Shown: positions 54,433 through 62,976, counted from the stretch's first letter. The stretch is DNA of 64,000 bases from Alphaproteobacteria bacterium (GCA_017528045.1 JAFXPG010000010.1:13968-77967), one strand, 5' to 3'. The notes: generated from the sequence alone by a model not told the origin. A program made the numbers and translations.

Positions 54433-55206
54433 ATGAAAATATTGACATTAAACATAAACTCTATACGTGCCCATATTGAAAGTTTTATGGATATTTTACG
54501 TTCTGGTGAATACGACACAATATTAGTTCAAGAATTAAAAGTAGAAAATGCTAATTTTCCATATAATTTATTAGATGAATATGGTTACAACATCAAAATT
54601 TTTGGTCAAAAATCTTGGAATGGTGTTGCAATATTTTCTAAACATTCAATTGAAGACGTTACAATGGGTATGCCAACATATCCAGATATAAATTCCAGAT
54701 TTCTTGAATGTGTAATTGATGGTCATGTTCGTGTAATTAATGTATATATGCCAAATGGTGACAATATAGAATCACCAAAATTCCCATATAAATTAGAATG
54801 GATGCGTGCTTTTACCGAATACATCAAACAATACATTGATTCCGAAGAACCGGTCATAATTGGTGGCGATTACAACGTATCTATTGAAGACAGGGATATT
54901 TGGAACCCTAAAAATTATATAGGGTCTTCTATTTCAGCACCGGCAGCACGCGAAATAATGCAACAATGGCTGGATTCTGGTTGGATTGATGCATGGCGTA
55001 CATTACATCCGGATGAAAACGATTATACTTGGTATGGGTATCGTGGCCGAGACACAGTTGGCAACAACCAAGGTTTAAGACTAGATTATTTTTTATGTAA
55101 TAAACGCGCAGCTAAAATAATTAAAAATTGCGAAATAGACAAAGAACCACGTCTGGCCGAAAAACCAACCGACCATTGTGGTTTAATGATTGAATTGAAA
55201 GATTAA
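54433..55206 (+). CDS. xth: exodeoxyribonuclease III
   Basis: EEP-fold motifs: LNINSIRA, VQELK, NGVAI, GGDYNV, and C-terminal TDHCGLMIEL. Confidence 0.9.
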   Translation: MKILTLNINSIRAHIESFMDILRSGEYDTILVQELKVENANFPYNLLDEYGYNIKIFGQKSWNGVAIFSKHSIEDVTMGMPTYPDINSRFLECVIDGHVRVINVYMPNGDNIESPKFPYKLEWMRAFTEYIKQYIDSEEPVIIGGDYNVSIEDRDIWNPKNYIGSSISAPAAREIMQQWLDSGWIDAWRTLHPDENDYTWYGYRGRDTVGNNQGLRLDYFLCNKRAAKIIKNCEIDKEPRLAEKPTDHCGLMIELKD

Positions 55207-55958
55207 TCATTTCTACATTCTGGAACACTATCATCACATATTAAATATTCGACATCACCAATCATTACATGTAACCCTTTTGACATACCTTCGGACATTT
55301 TTGGAAAAGTATATGAATTCATGTCTCTGGGGACTGCATTTGCCGAATATATACCGTTATGGTGTCCAATAAATAATCTATGGACTGTTGGATGTGCTGG
55401 TGATTGGTGCATGTATAAAATATCTTCACCAACATGTAATTTTCGACCACATTGACTTGACAGCCACATGCCAGCCGGAGCAAATGGATGGTTGCCCGGA
55501 CATTCTATGATTCCTTGTGGTGTTGTTTCATTAAATGTTAAATTACCACCAGGACAATAGTGGTCATTTAAACATTTTGTACATTCAACACTATTTGCCG
55601 GCAAATAATAACCAGGACTACAATTACGTTCCGCAATCTTAAAGTTTGCATATAACATCCTTGGGAAATTTTCAGAACAAACATTGTTGGCTGATTTTGT
55701 TATCTTTTGTGTATAATCTATTCCCGAAGATTTAGTTTCGTTAAATAATAATTCACCACCAGAACAAGTATAACCATTTGGGCAATTTGAACAAACAACA
55801 GAATTCGCGGGTAAAAATTGATTAATATCACAAACTATAGATTTATTAGAAAATTTTGCCACAAGCTGCAAACCATAAAAACATTCTATTTTATCATCCG
55901 CAAAAACAGACGAAAATAAAAATAAAAACACTGTAAAAAACATAATTTTTATTATCAT
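55203..55958 (-). CDS. secreted Cys-rich protein with furin-like/ephrin-receptor-like repeats; cassette B gene 2
   Basis: Signal peptide MIIKIMFFTVFLFLFSSVFA. Repeat NCSPGYYLPANSVECTKCLNDHYCPGGNLTFNETTPQGIIECP plus a degenerate first repeat. 14 Cys. Paralog of 25629..26363. Confidence 0.6.
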   Translation of the reverse strand: MIIKIMFFTVFLFLFSSVFADDKIECFYGLQLVAKFSNKSIVCDINQFLPANSVVCSNCPNGYTCSGGELLFNETKSSGIDYTQKITKSANNVCSENFPRMLYANFKIAERNCSPGYYLPANSVECTKCLNDHYCPGGNLTFNETTPQGIIECPGNHPFAPAGMWLSSQCGRKLHVGEDILYMHQSPAHPTVHRLFIGHHNGIYSANAVPRDMNSYTFPKMSEGMSKGLHVMIGDVEYLICDDSVPECRND

Positions 55959-56695
55959 TGGTTTCCACCTAAATATTTTTCAGCAACCCATCCATTCTTT
56001 CCTGAGGCATCCCAATTATCAGACTGATATGAGAATCTCCAAGTACCTTCATAACCACTCTGTCCTGTAAAGTTGATTTCTTTATATAATGTTTCTTGAG
56101 ATGGTCTCGCGTAATGCCACTGTAATGCGATTTCATTGATTGGTTTTACTACACCATCTACAATTACTGGTACATCTAAAGGTGTCAATTTCCAAACTTC
56201 ACTAGCATAAGTAATTCTCAATTGATTACCATTAGTACCAATTATAAAACCTTTTGCACCTCTTTGAAAAACTTCATTGTGATTTAATGTTATATCAGTT
56301 GCACCAAATACAAATCTCGCAAATGCAGTACCACCACTCATTGGTTCGTTATAAATTTGTATAGGCATACCAGGTTTTACATAACCACTTGGATCTTCAA
56401 CTACCATATAATCTATATATGTTGGTTTAGTACTACCTGTATAATCTGGATAATAACTTCTATAATCTGTTGGTACTGTATCCCATGTACTAAATTTACC
56501 ACGATAAAAACTTGCGATCCAACCATCAAAATCATAACCGTGTTTTGATGGTTGGATTACTGGCAAATCTAAATCTTGGCCTATTTCACAAGTTGTTTGG
56601 TCATATAATTCGCCATCTTTATACCAATCCAGATTTATCGTATCTGCATTTGCGCCGAAACACAGCATTGATAATATTATTAAAATCTTTTTCAC
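55955..56695 (-). CDS. secreted protein with InlB B-repeat-like N-terminus; cassette B gene 1
   Basis: GTG 56695 follows AGGGAGAAAA. Signal peptide (V)KKILIILSMLCFGANA. TINLDWYKDGELYDQTTCEIGQDLDLPVIQPSKHGYDFDGW. C-terminal GTWRFSYQSDNWDASGKNGW parallels GRWKFIYSGTWDTDGKIGW of copy A. Confidence 0.6.
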   Translation of the reverse strand: MKKILIILSMLCFGANADTINLDWYKDGELYDQTTCEIGQDLDLPVIQPSKHGYDFDGWIASFYRGKFSTWDTVPTDYRSYYPDYTGSTKPTYIDYMVVEDPSGYVKPGMPIQIYNEPMSGGTAFARFVFGATDITLNHNEVFQRGAKGFIIGTNGNQLRITYASEVWKLTPLDVPVIVDGVVKPINEIALQWHYARPSQETLYKEINFTGQSGYEGTWRFSYQSDNWDASGKNGWVAEKYLGGNQ

Positions 56696-56895
56696 GATTT
56701 TCTCCCTGTTTGCTTTCAACAAAACACCGCCAGAAAATCGGGCGGTTGGAGGTTAGTTACAATTTAAACGGAAATTGTGCGCTTATTCAATATATTCACG
56801 ACCCTCCAACCATAACAGAGTTGGAGATTTTTTCGTCTTTACTTTGACGCCGTTTAATCGGGTAACTACACCCCATCAGCAAAACTCTTGCTGAC
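56696..56895 (-). promoter_or_regulatory. conserved structured 5' leader (candidate attenuator / riboswitch-like element), copy B
   Basis: P1 56876-56894, X 56820-56826, Y 56802-56811, P4 56759-56778 and X' 56744-56752. Colinear with copy A. Confidence 0.6.
56718..56747 (-). terminator. leader (attenuator) intrinsic terminator, copy B
   Basis: On the minus strand: AACCGCC-CGATTTTCT-GGCGGTG followed by TTTTGTT, about 20 nt before the start codon. Confidence 0.6.
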
Positions 56896-56901
56896 AAATT
56901 T

Positions 56902-56930
56902 ATTATAAAATATACACCGTAAAATGTAAA
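56902..56930 (-). promoter_or_regulatory. sigma70-like promoter of leader/cassette B (TTTACA-17 nt-TATAAT)
   Basis: Near-consensus hexamers on the minus strand. The -10 lies 6 nt upstream of the conserved GTCAG. Confidence 0.65.
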
Positions 56931-56937
56931 CAGAAAA

Positions 56938-59421
56938 TTAATCGTTAACCCGTGCAAGATCGTCGTATTCGTGATATTTTGCACCAACACTTTCACGATA
57001 TTCATACGCAGCAGGTTCTAATCCACTGTATTGTCCAAATAATTCTTTTACCTTTTGAACAGTGTTATCAATCATTTCTTGAGCAGTTTCTCCAGAATAT
57101 TCTATTAAATCTAAATCACCATTTTTTAATTGTAAAAATTGCATTATTGGGACAATTGAAACATCTTTCATTTTTATTGGAAAACCACCTGATTGCAATA
57201 TGTATGCTTCCAATGGTAATTGTGGCATCGTACCATCAGTTAATTGCTTTTTACTTGGCGCTTTCCCTGTTTTAATATCCATAACAGTATCATTCCAAAC
57301 AATATCAGCACGTGCCCGAACATTACGTCCATTTATTTTTATTCCACCAGATATTTCTTTTTTGCCAATTGGTCTAGATTTAAAATGTTTATTTACAAAC
57401 GGTGCAATTTCACAAAATCTTTTATGCCAAAAATAAAATAAAACAGAATTTTTTTCCAACACTTGTTTTGCACGTGTATCCATTTCTTGAATCAATTCAT
57501 CAACATCAAAATTTGTTGAATTTTCTATAACATCATGAACTAAAATTCCAAAATTGCGTGAATCAGGTAAAACCCAATAATCATCAACCGGTTTTAATTT
57601 CAAAATATGTTTAGCATAAAAAGCATATGGATTATGAATCAACAATTCTAATTCCGTCACATAAACATCAGATCTATCTATTGGTGGAATTGGCGGCGAA
57701 TAATCAAGTGGTTCATACGGCACATCATCTGTTTTACGCACAGATTCCAAAATATCTTTTGATTCTTGGATATCGCCAATTGCCACACGAACACGGGATA
57801 AAAATCTGGATTCATTTATTAACACACCCCCAGATTGTTTAGAACGCAACCAATATACTTCACGACAACAAGACAGATTTATAAAATCTAAAGCCATCAA
57901 AGATACTTTTCTGTTTGGCGAAGGTAAACCTATTTCCATTGCTATTTTTCGTGGTAACCATGAATTTTCATAACCAGTTGTTGGAAACATACCTTCGTTT
58001 AAACCAGTTAAAATAACAACATCTGCTGTTTGCATACGAGATTCAATTGTTCCCAAAACACAAACTTTACAATCATCTTCTAATACAGGTCTGACAGAAA
58101 CAGAATCTATCGCATCTTTTACAAAAGCACGTGCATCAAAAACATTTAATATAATACCATTTTTATTTAAATATTCAGACATACTTTTTATCACATTCCA
58201 AATTGGAATATCTTGTTCATTTTCTATTGTAAAACTGGGTTGAAAAAGACATGGATTATTATCAACTAAATCAACCAACATATTAAATATATTATAATTA
58301 TATTCTTGATACTTTTGTTCAAATTCTGTTTGATTATTATCACACCAATATTCAAACAAATTTAAAATTGCGCGTCCTAAATTTGTCATTTTTCCAGACA
58401 AACCCGCTGAAAAATCCGCATTAATATTATTATGCATCATTTCTGATTTTATTCTTTGGTTAGCCGCCGCATCTGGGGTAATAATCAATACCGTTTTATT
58501 TTGTTTTATTGCGCGTTTTGTAATCTCAACAGCGGCACAAGCTTCTTCGCTTTCACGCACACATTCTATTAAATGACAATTATCTAATCCAGACAATACA
58601 TGTTTACCAGTATTTTCAAAAGCAATATTCAATATATCAACATATCTAGATGTTCCAACATCAATAGTTTGAACATCTGTTGGTTTTAAACCCAATCTTT
58701 TTAAAAATTTATATTCAGCATTATATGGATTAGTATCTAATTCAAAATCATCTTCACGACCAGATATTTTACCAGACAAAATTATCTTTCCATTATCACG
58801 TTGCGCAATTTCATACATTAAATCAGCCGTTGCTGGGACAGATGCAGTAGAACCACAAACAATAACTTGTTTATACTCATCTAATTTTTTTATCCATGAA
58901 CGAATATCGTTATTTCGTTTTGACACAGATGTCAATTTATCGTTTGGTAATTGTTTTAAAATATCCAGTATGCGTGCTTTATTTTGAAAATGTTTTGCAT
59001 ATTTTTCATCTATCAAAGATGACCATTGTACATCAGAAATCTTGATTCCTTCATTTTCTAAATAATCTTGCATACGAATAAAATCATGTGCTATTGGTAA
59101 TGCAGTTGAAATATTTTTTATATTAGCATCTGCTGATAATAATTTAGATAAAATTATCACACGTTCTTGGTTTGAAAAAATATCATCATCATTATCTTCA
59201 TCACTATCTTCAACACCTGTACCCAAAGGGATCAATTCTGGCAATATAACCGCATGACCTATTTTTTTTATAATCATACGTTCAACACTTCTTATTGCAC
59301 GACGTGATGGTAAAAAAATCAAAACATCAGAAAAATCTTGCTTATATTTTTCCAATATATACCACAATGCATCTAAAGTATGTGCAGGATCAGAAACATT
59401 AAAAACATTATTATTTAACAC
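56938..59421 (-). CDS. addB: double-strand break repair protein AddB (alphaproteobacterial type, PD-(D/E)XK nuclease C-terminus)
   Basis: Degenerate helicase-like N-terminal domains. C-terminal nuclease motif ...RADIVWNDTVMDIKTGK...QLPLEAYIL. 827 aa. Confidence 0.7.
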   Translation of the reverse strand: MLNNNVFNVSDPAHTLDALWYILEKYKQDFSDVLIFLPSRRAIRSVERMIIKKIGHAVILPELIPLGTGVEDSDEDNDDDIFSNQERVIILSKLLSADANIKNISTALPIAHDFIRMQDYLENEGIKISDVQWSSLIDEKYAKHFQNKARILDILKQLPNDKLTSVSKRNNDIRSWIKKLDEYKQVIVCGSTASVPATADLMYEIAQRDNGKIILSGKISGREDDFELDTNPYNAEYKFLKRLGLKPTDVQTIDVGTSRYVDILNIAFENTGKHVLSGLDNCHLIECVRESEEACAAVEITKRAIKQNKTVLIITPDAAANQRIKSEMMHNNINADFSAGLSGKMTNLGRAILNLFEYWCDNNQTEFEQKYQEYNYNIFNMLVDLVDNNPCLFQPSFTIENEQDIPIWNVIKSMSEYLNKNGIILNVFDARAFVKDAIDSVSVRPVLEDDCKVCVLGTIESRMQTADVVILTGLNEGMFPTTGYENSWLPRKIAMEIGLPSPNRKVSLMALDFINLSCCREVYWLRSKQSGGVLINESRFLSRVRVAIGDIQESKDILESVRKTDDVPYEPLDYSPPIPPIDRSDVYVTELELLIHNPYAFYAKHILKLKPVDDYWVLPDSRNFGILVHDVIENSTNFDVDELIQEMDTRAKQVLEKNSVLFYFWHKRFCEIAPFVNKHFKSRPIGKKEISGGIKINGRNVRARADIVWNDTVMDIKTGKAPSKKQLTDGTMPQLPLEAYILQSGGFPIKMKDVSIVPIMQFLQLKNGDLDLIEYSGETAQEMIDNTVQKVKELFGQYSGLEPAAYEYRESVGAKYHEYDDLARVND

Positions 59422-59965
59422 CGATAATATCTCTTAATTCTTGCAAACCATATTTCTTTTCTGCGGATGTTTCCAGTACATTTGCTATCATTGCAGGATG
59501 ATTTTCATGTGATAATTCTACTTGTGTATGTTCACGAATTTTTTTATCTTTTTTTGTATAAACAATTTGATAACAAATTCCATTATTATCACAAAAATCC
59601 ATCAAATCTAAATCTGAATCTTTTGGTCCTATTCTTGAATCAATTAAAATAAATAATCTGCGTAATTGAGAACGATTTAATAAATATTCTTCCAATCTGT
59701 GTAACCAGCGCAAAGCATCTGTTTTTGAAACACGTGCATAACCATAACCAGGTAAATCAACAATCATGATTTTATCATTTATATTAAACAAATTTAAACT
59801 TTGTGTTCGTCCCGGAGTATTAGAAGTTCTTGCTATTTTTTCGTTAACAATCGCATTAATCAAAGAAGATTTTCCAACATTACTGCGTCCAACAAATGCA
59901 TATTCTTCAAATTGAGTTTTTGGTAAAGAATTTACTGTTTCAAAAGATCCAACAAATTTTATCAT
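59411..59965 (-). CDS. yihA: ribosome biogenesis GTP-binding protein YihA/EngB
   Basis: GRSNVGKSSLINA, DLPGYGYA and TKKDK motifs. Confidence 0.88.
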   Translation of the reverse strand: MIKFVGSFETVNSLPKTQFEEYAFVGRSNVGKSSLINAIVNEKIARTSNTPGRTQSLNLFNINDKIMIVDLPGYGYARVSKTDALRWLHRLEEYLLNRSQLRRLFILIDSRIGPKDSDLDLMDFCDNNGICYQIVYTKKDKKIREHTQVELSHENHPAMIANVLETSAEKKYGLQELRDIIGVK

Positions 59966-60750
59966 TATTTATTCACCAATTTTTTATATGCTTCTTTCTT
60001 AGAAATGCCAGCCATAGCTGCTAGTTGTGCTGCAGCAGATTTTGTAGAATTTGCAACAATATCATTTACAATTTCACTGATTTCATTATCTGTCATTTTT
60101 TTATCTGGCGCAGGTGCAACTACCAAAACAATTTCCCCACGTGGTGGTTCTATATTAACCAAATCTGATGGATAACCTATTATTGTTTCTTCATATATTT
60201 TTGTAATTTCACGAACAATCGCTATTTTACGTTCTGGCATAACAGATGCCAAAATCTTAATAGTATCCATAATACGATTTGGACTTTCATAATAAATTAT
60301 AGTATGACGAATTTTATTGTCTTCACGTACTTTCTTTTCATCAAAAAAACCACAAAAAGTAAATCTGTCTGTTGGAAATCCAGATAATACCAAACCAGAT
60401 ATCACAGCCGTTGGTCCAGGAACAACATACACAGGAACACCTGCTTCACGGGCAGCACGAATTAATCTGAATCCAGGATCGCTTATCCCGGGCATTCCAG
60501 CATCTGATACAGTTGCAATTGATTGTCCAGATTGAATTTTTTCAACCAAGGAATCAACTATTTCACGTTCATTATGATCATGACATGATACAGATTTGGT
60601 TTTAATTCCGAAATGTTGCGCTAATTTAGCAAAAACCCGTGTATCTTCTGCCGCAACAAGATCAACATTTTGTAAAACATCTATCGCACGTGGTGACATA
60701 TCAGATAAATTTCCAATAGGAGTTCCAACCACATAAAGTCCTGATTGCAT
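59965..60750 (-). CDS. rsmI: 16S rRNA (cytidine1402-2'-O)-methyltransferase
   Basis: LYVVGTPIGNLSDMSPRA..., tetrapyrrole-methylase fold, SDAGMPGISDPG. Confidence 0.88.
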   Translation of the reverse strand: MQSGLYVVGTPIGNLSDMSPRAIDVLQNVDLVAAEDTRVFAKLAQHFGIKTKSVSCHDHNEREIVDSLVEKIQSGQSIATVSDAGMPGISDPGFRLIRAAREAGVPVYVVPGPTAVISGLVLSGFPTDRFTFCGFFDEKKVREDNKIRHTIIYYESPNRIMDTIKILASVMPERKIAIVREITKIYEETIIGYPSDLVNIEPPRGEIVLVVAPAPDKKMTDNEISEIVNDIVANSTKSAAAQLAAMAGISKKEAYKKLVNK

Positions 60751-60787
60751 TTTTAATCCTTTTATAATAGAATATTACATATAAAAA

Positions 60788-62410
60788 ATGGGTTTTTCAA
60801 TGTATATAAATAAAATTTTACTTTTTGGATGTGTTTCCTTAGCACTTGCCAGTTGTGGTGGTGGTTCAAAATATTTAACAACAAAATATAATAATGTTGC
60901 GACAACAACACCAACAGACATACAAGAAACATACCTTTATTCTACATCTTTATATGGTTCAGATAATGGCGGACGCAGTGCAAATATCGCAGTATTATTA
61001 CCAATGTCTGGGGAAGCAAAAAACATTGGAAACAACATAAAAACATCCATAGAAACTGCTTTTTTAAGAAAACCTAAACAAAGCATAAAAGTTTCTTTTT
61101 ATGATGTATCTGGTAAAAACAGCAAAGACGCTATTTATTCTGCTTTATCTTCTAATCCTGATATTATTATTGGCCCATTATTTGCAGAAGATGCAAAAAC
61201 ATTGCGTAATGCAAAAGCATCAAAAACACCAGCAATATCTTTTACATCTGATGTAAATGCTTTGGGTGATGGTGTTATGACAATAAATTTAATTCCTACA
61301 CAAAGCGTAGAAGCTATCGTTCAACAAATGAAAAAAGATGGCGCAAACAATATGATTATTTTGGCACCAAACGATAATTCTGGTAAAACGATGGTATATA
61401 CAGCAGATATTGCATCAGACACATATAATATTCCTGTCAAAGGGCTGTTTTATTATACCCCCGGAGACCCAGATTCAATTAAAGATGTTTCTATGCGTGC
61501 ATCAATGTATAACACCAGAAATGCCGCTAATACCAGGGCACGCGAAGTATTATCAGATATCTTAACCAAAGAAAAATTAGATTCTGCAACATATAACAAT
61601 TTAAATAAACAATTAGAAAAAATTTCTCGCAATGAAACATTGGGGGATTTACCATATGATGCTATTTTATTCCTTGGTAACGGCGAAGATTCAAAAACAT
61701 TATCATCATTTTTACGTTATTATGGCATAGGAAACCGTGATGTAGCGTTTTATGGAACAACATTATGGCAAGGTTCTGATATTGCATCAGATTTTACTAT
61801 GTCTGGTGCAAAGTATGCAACATTACCTGAAATATCAAATAATTTTGTAAGTTTATATTCAATGGTATCTGGGGCAGAACCTGACTTATTATCTGCTTTT
61901 GGTTATGATGCTGCTAATTTAGCTTTAGGTGCAATATATGCACAATCTTCACTAGAAGATTATCTTTACAATCCTAATGGTTATATTGGTACATCAGGAA
62001 TATTCCGAATTCAACAATCTGGTGAATCTGAACGAGCTTTACGTATAATGGGATTAAACGGCTCTGGAACACCACAAACATTACAAGAAGCAAAAACAAA
62101 CTTTTTAACACCAATATATGAAATTCATACAACAAATCATAAAGAAATAAAAGAACATGAATTATCAACACGTGGTGTAAATCCTGGGGATTACATTAAA
62201 ATTCCAGAATATTTAAAAAGAAAATCTGAATACAGAACAAAAACTATTGGTGCAAATTATGTATCAGATGATAATACAGTAAAAACAGATGAACCAATAC
62301 AAATTTATGCTGCTGACGATCAAGAAACAGTATCGAACCCAGAATATGAATCTGTAAAAAAAGATGCTGTATCCAGAAAATATATAGATAGTGTTGAAAT
62401 CACAGAATAA
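60788..62410 (+). CDS. lpoA: penicillin-binding protein activator LpoA-like lipoprotein (LppC family)
   Basis: Lipobox LALASCGG and a periplasmic-binding-protein-like body (IAVLLPMSG...IIGPL...). Divergent from rsmI, as in many Proteobacteria. Confidence 0.6.
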   Translation: MGFSMYINKILLFGCVSLALASCGGGSKYLTTKYNNVATTTPTDIQETYLYSTSLYGSDNGGRSANIAVLLPMSGEAKNIGNNIKTSIETAFLRKPKQSIKVSFYDVSGKNSKDAIYSALSSNPDIIIGPLFAEDAKTLRNAKASKTPAISFTSDVNALGDGVMTINLIPTQSVEAIVQQMKKDGANNMIILAPNDNSGKTMVYTADIASDTYNIPVKGLFYYTPGDPDSIKDVSMRASMYNTRNAANTRAREVLSDILTKEKLDSATYNNLNKQLEKISRNETLGDLPYDAILFLGNGEDSKTLSSFLRYYGIGNRDVAFYGTTLWQGSDIASDFTMSGAKYATLPEISNNFVSLYSMVSGAEPDLLSAFGYDAANLALGAIYAQSSLEDYLYNPNGYIGTSGIFRIQQSGESERALRIMGLNGSGTPQTLQEAKTNFLTPIYEIHTTNHKEIKEHELSTRGVNPGDYIKIPEYLKRKSEYRTKTIGANYVSDDNTVKTDEPIQIYAADDQETVSNPEYESVKKDAVSRKYIDSVEITE

Positions 62411-62414
62411 ACAC

Positions 62415-62442
62415 TTGCGTTTATAAAAAAATAAGTTATAAT
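62415..62442 (+). promoter_or_regulatory. sigma70-like promoter for the tRNA-Gly/tRNA-Tyr pair (TTGCGT-16 nt-TATAAT)
   Basis: Hexamers about 20 nt upstream of tRNA-Gly. Confidence 0.5.
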
Positions 62443-62463
62443 CACAAGGCTTGATAAATCGTT

Positions 62464-62538
62464 GCGAGCATAGTTCAAAGGCTAGAATGCAAGCCTTCCA
62501 AGCTTGAAATGAGGGTTCGATTCCCTCTGCTCGCACCA
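62464..62538 (+). tRNA. tRNA-Gly (anticodon UCC), CCA encoded
   Basis: Hand-folded cloverleaf: acceptor GCGAGCA/TGCTCGC, anticodon stem CAAGC/GCTTG with loop CTTCCAA, T arm GAGGG-TTCGATT-CCCTC. 75 nt. Confidence 0.9.
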
Positions 62539-62559
62539 CAGTTTGTGGTAAACGGTTCT

Positions 62560-62646
62560 GGGCGTGCGCCGGAGTTGGAGAGCCGGGGCAGACTGTAAAT
62601 CTGTTGTCTTACGACTGAGGTGGTTCGAATCCACCCACTCCCACCA
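62560..62646 (+). tRNA. tRNA-Tyr (anticodon GUA), long variable arm, CCA encoded
   Basis: Acceptor GGGCGTG/CACTCCC (one C-U mismatch at 4:69), D stem CCGG/CCGG, anticodon loop CTGTAAA, 14-nt variable arm, T arm GGTGG-TTCGAAT-CCACC. 87 nt. Confidence 0.85.
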
Positions 62647-62649
62647 AAA
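62635..62649 (+). repeat. 15-nt direct repeat CCACTCCCACCAAAA, copy 1 (3' end of tRNA-Tyr)
   Basis: Exact second copy at 62815-62829. Confidence 0.9.
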
Positions 62650-62654
62650 AATAT

Positions 62655-62683
62655 AACCACCCTTGCGGTGGTTTTATTTTTTT
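62655..62683 (+). terminator. intrinsic terminator after tRNA-Tyr
   Basis: AACCACC-CTTGC-GGTGGTT followed by TTATTTTTTT. Confidence 0.7.
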
Positions 62684-62814
62684 GTCGGGTTTGTTTTATG
62701 GTTATTAGGCCACACAAACGAAGTTTGTTTGGTTCGACTATGAGTAAGCGAAAACAAGTGTCAACGAAGTTTGAGCGCTAACGAATGTGGCGCAGGCATT
62801 TATGCCGAGATAAT

Positions 62815-62829
62815 CCACTCCCACCAAAA
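62815..62829 (+). repeat. 15-nt direct repeat CCACTCCCACCAAAA, copy 2 (orphan tRNA-Tyr 3' end)
   Basis: Exact match to 62635-62649 and, like copy 1, followed by its own terminator hairpin. Confidence 0.9.
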
Positions 62830-62834
62830 GATAC

Positions 62835-62865
62835 ACCGCACTTAAACAGTGCGGTTTTTCTTTTG
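62835..62865 (+). terminator. intrinsic terminator after the orphan tRNA 3'-end copy
   Basis: ACCGCACT-TAAAC-AGTGCGGT followed by TTTTCTTTT. Confidence 0.65.
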
Positions 62866-62976
62866 ATTTTATATTACTTGGATGGTTCGAAAATAGTATG
62901 TCTAAAAAACATAAAATTCAAAAAATTCTTCTTTTTTATACAGATATATTATACACTCTTTCTAAAGGAGTAATAT

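Noticed and set aside
56796-56811. ZTP (pfl) riboswitch-like strings in the leader: GGGUCGUGA in copy B, and CCGCCUG in copy A.
   Set aside because: Each string is present in only one of the two copies (copy A has GGGUUGCGA; copy B has CCGCCCG). The rest of the ZTP pseudoknot consensus is not present.
62264-62717. ORFs 62264-62539(-) and 62475-62717(-) overlapping the tRNA region.
   Set aside because: They run antisense through tRNA-Gly and tRNA-Tyr and the terminator. The cloverleaf folds explain the sequence.
62690-62830. Possibility that the G+C-richer insert after tRNA-Tyr is a tmRNA piece (permuted alphaproteobacterial ssrA) or a pseudo-tRNA, because of GGTTCGAC and the ...CCCACCA end.
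   Set aside because: No T-arm stem flanks GGTTCGAC. No acceptor-stem partner or G:U alanine identity pair is present. No tag reading frame ends in a typical ...AA stop. The CCA-containing 15-mer is an exact copy of the tRNA-Tyr end.
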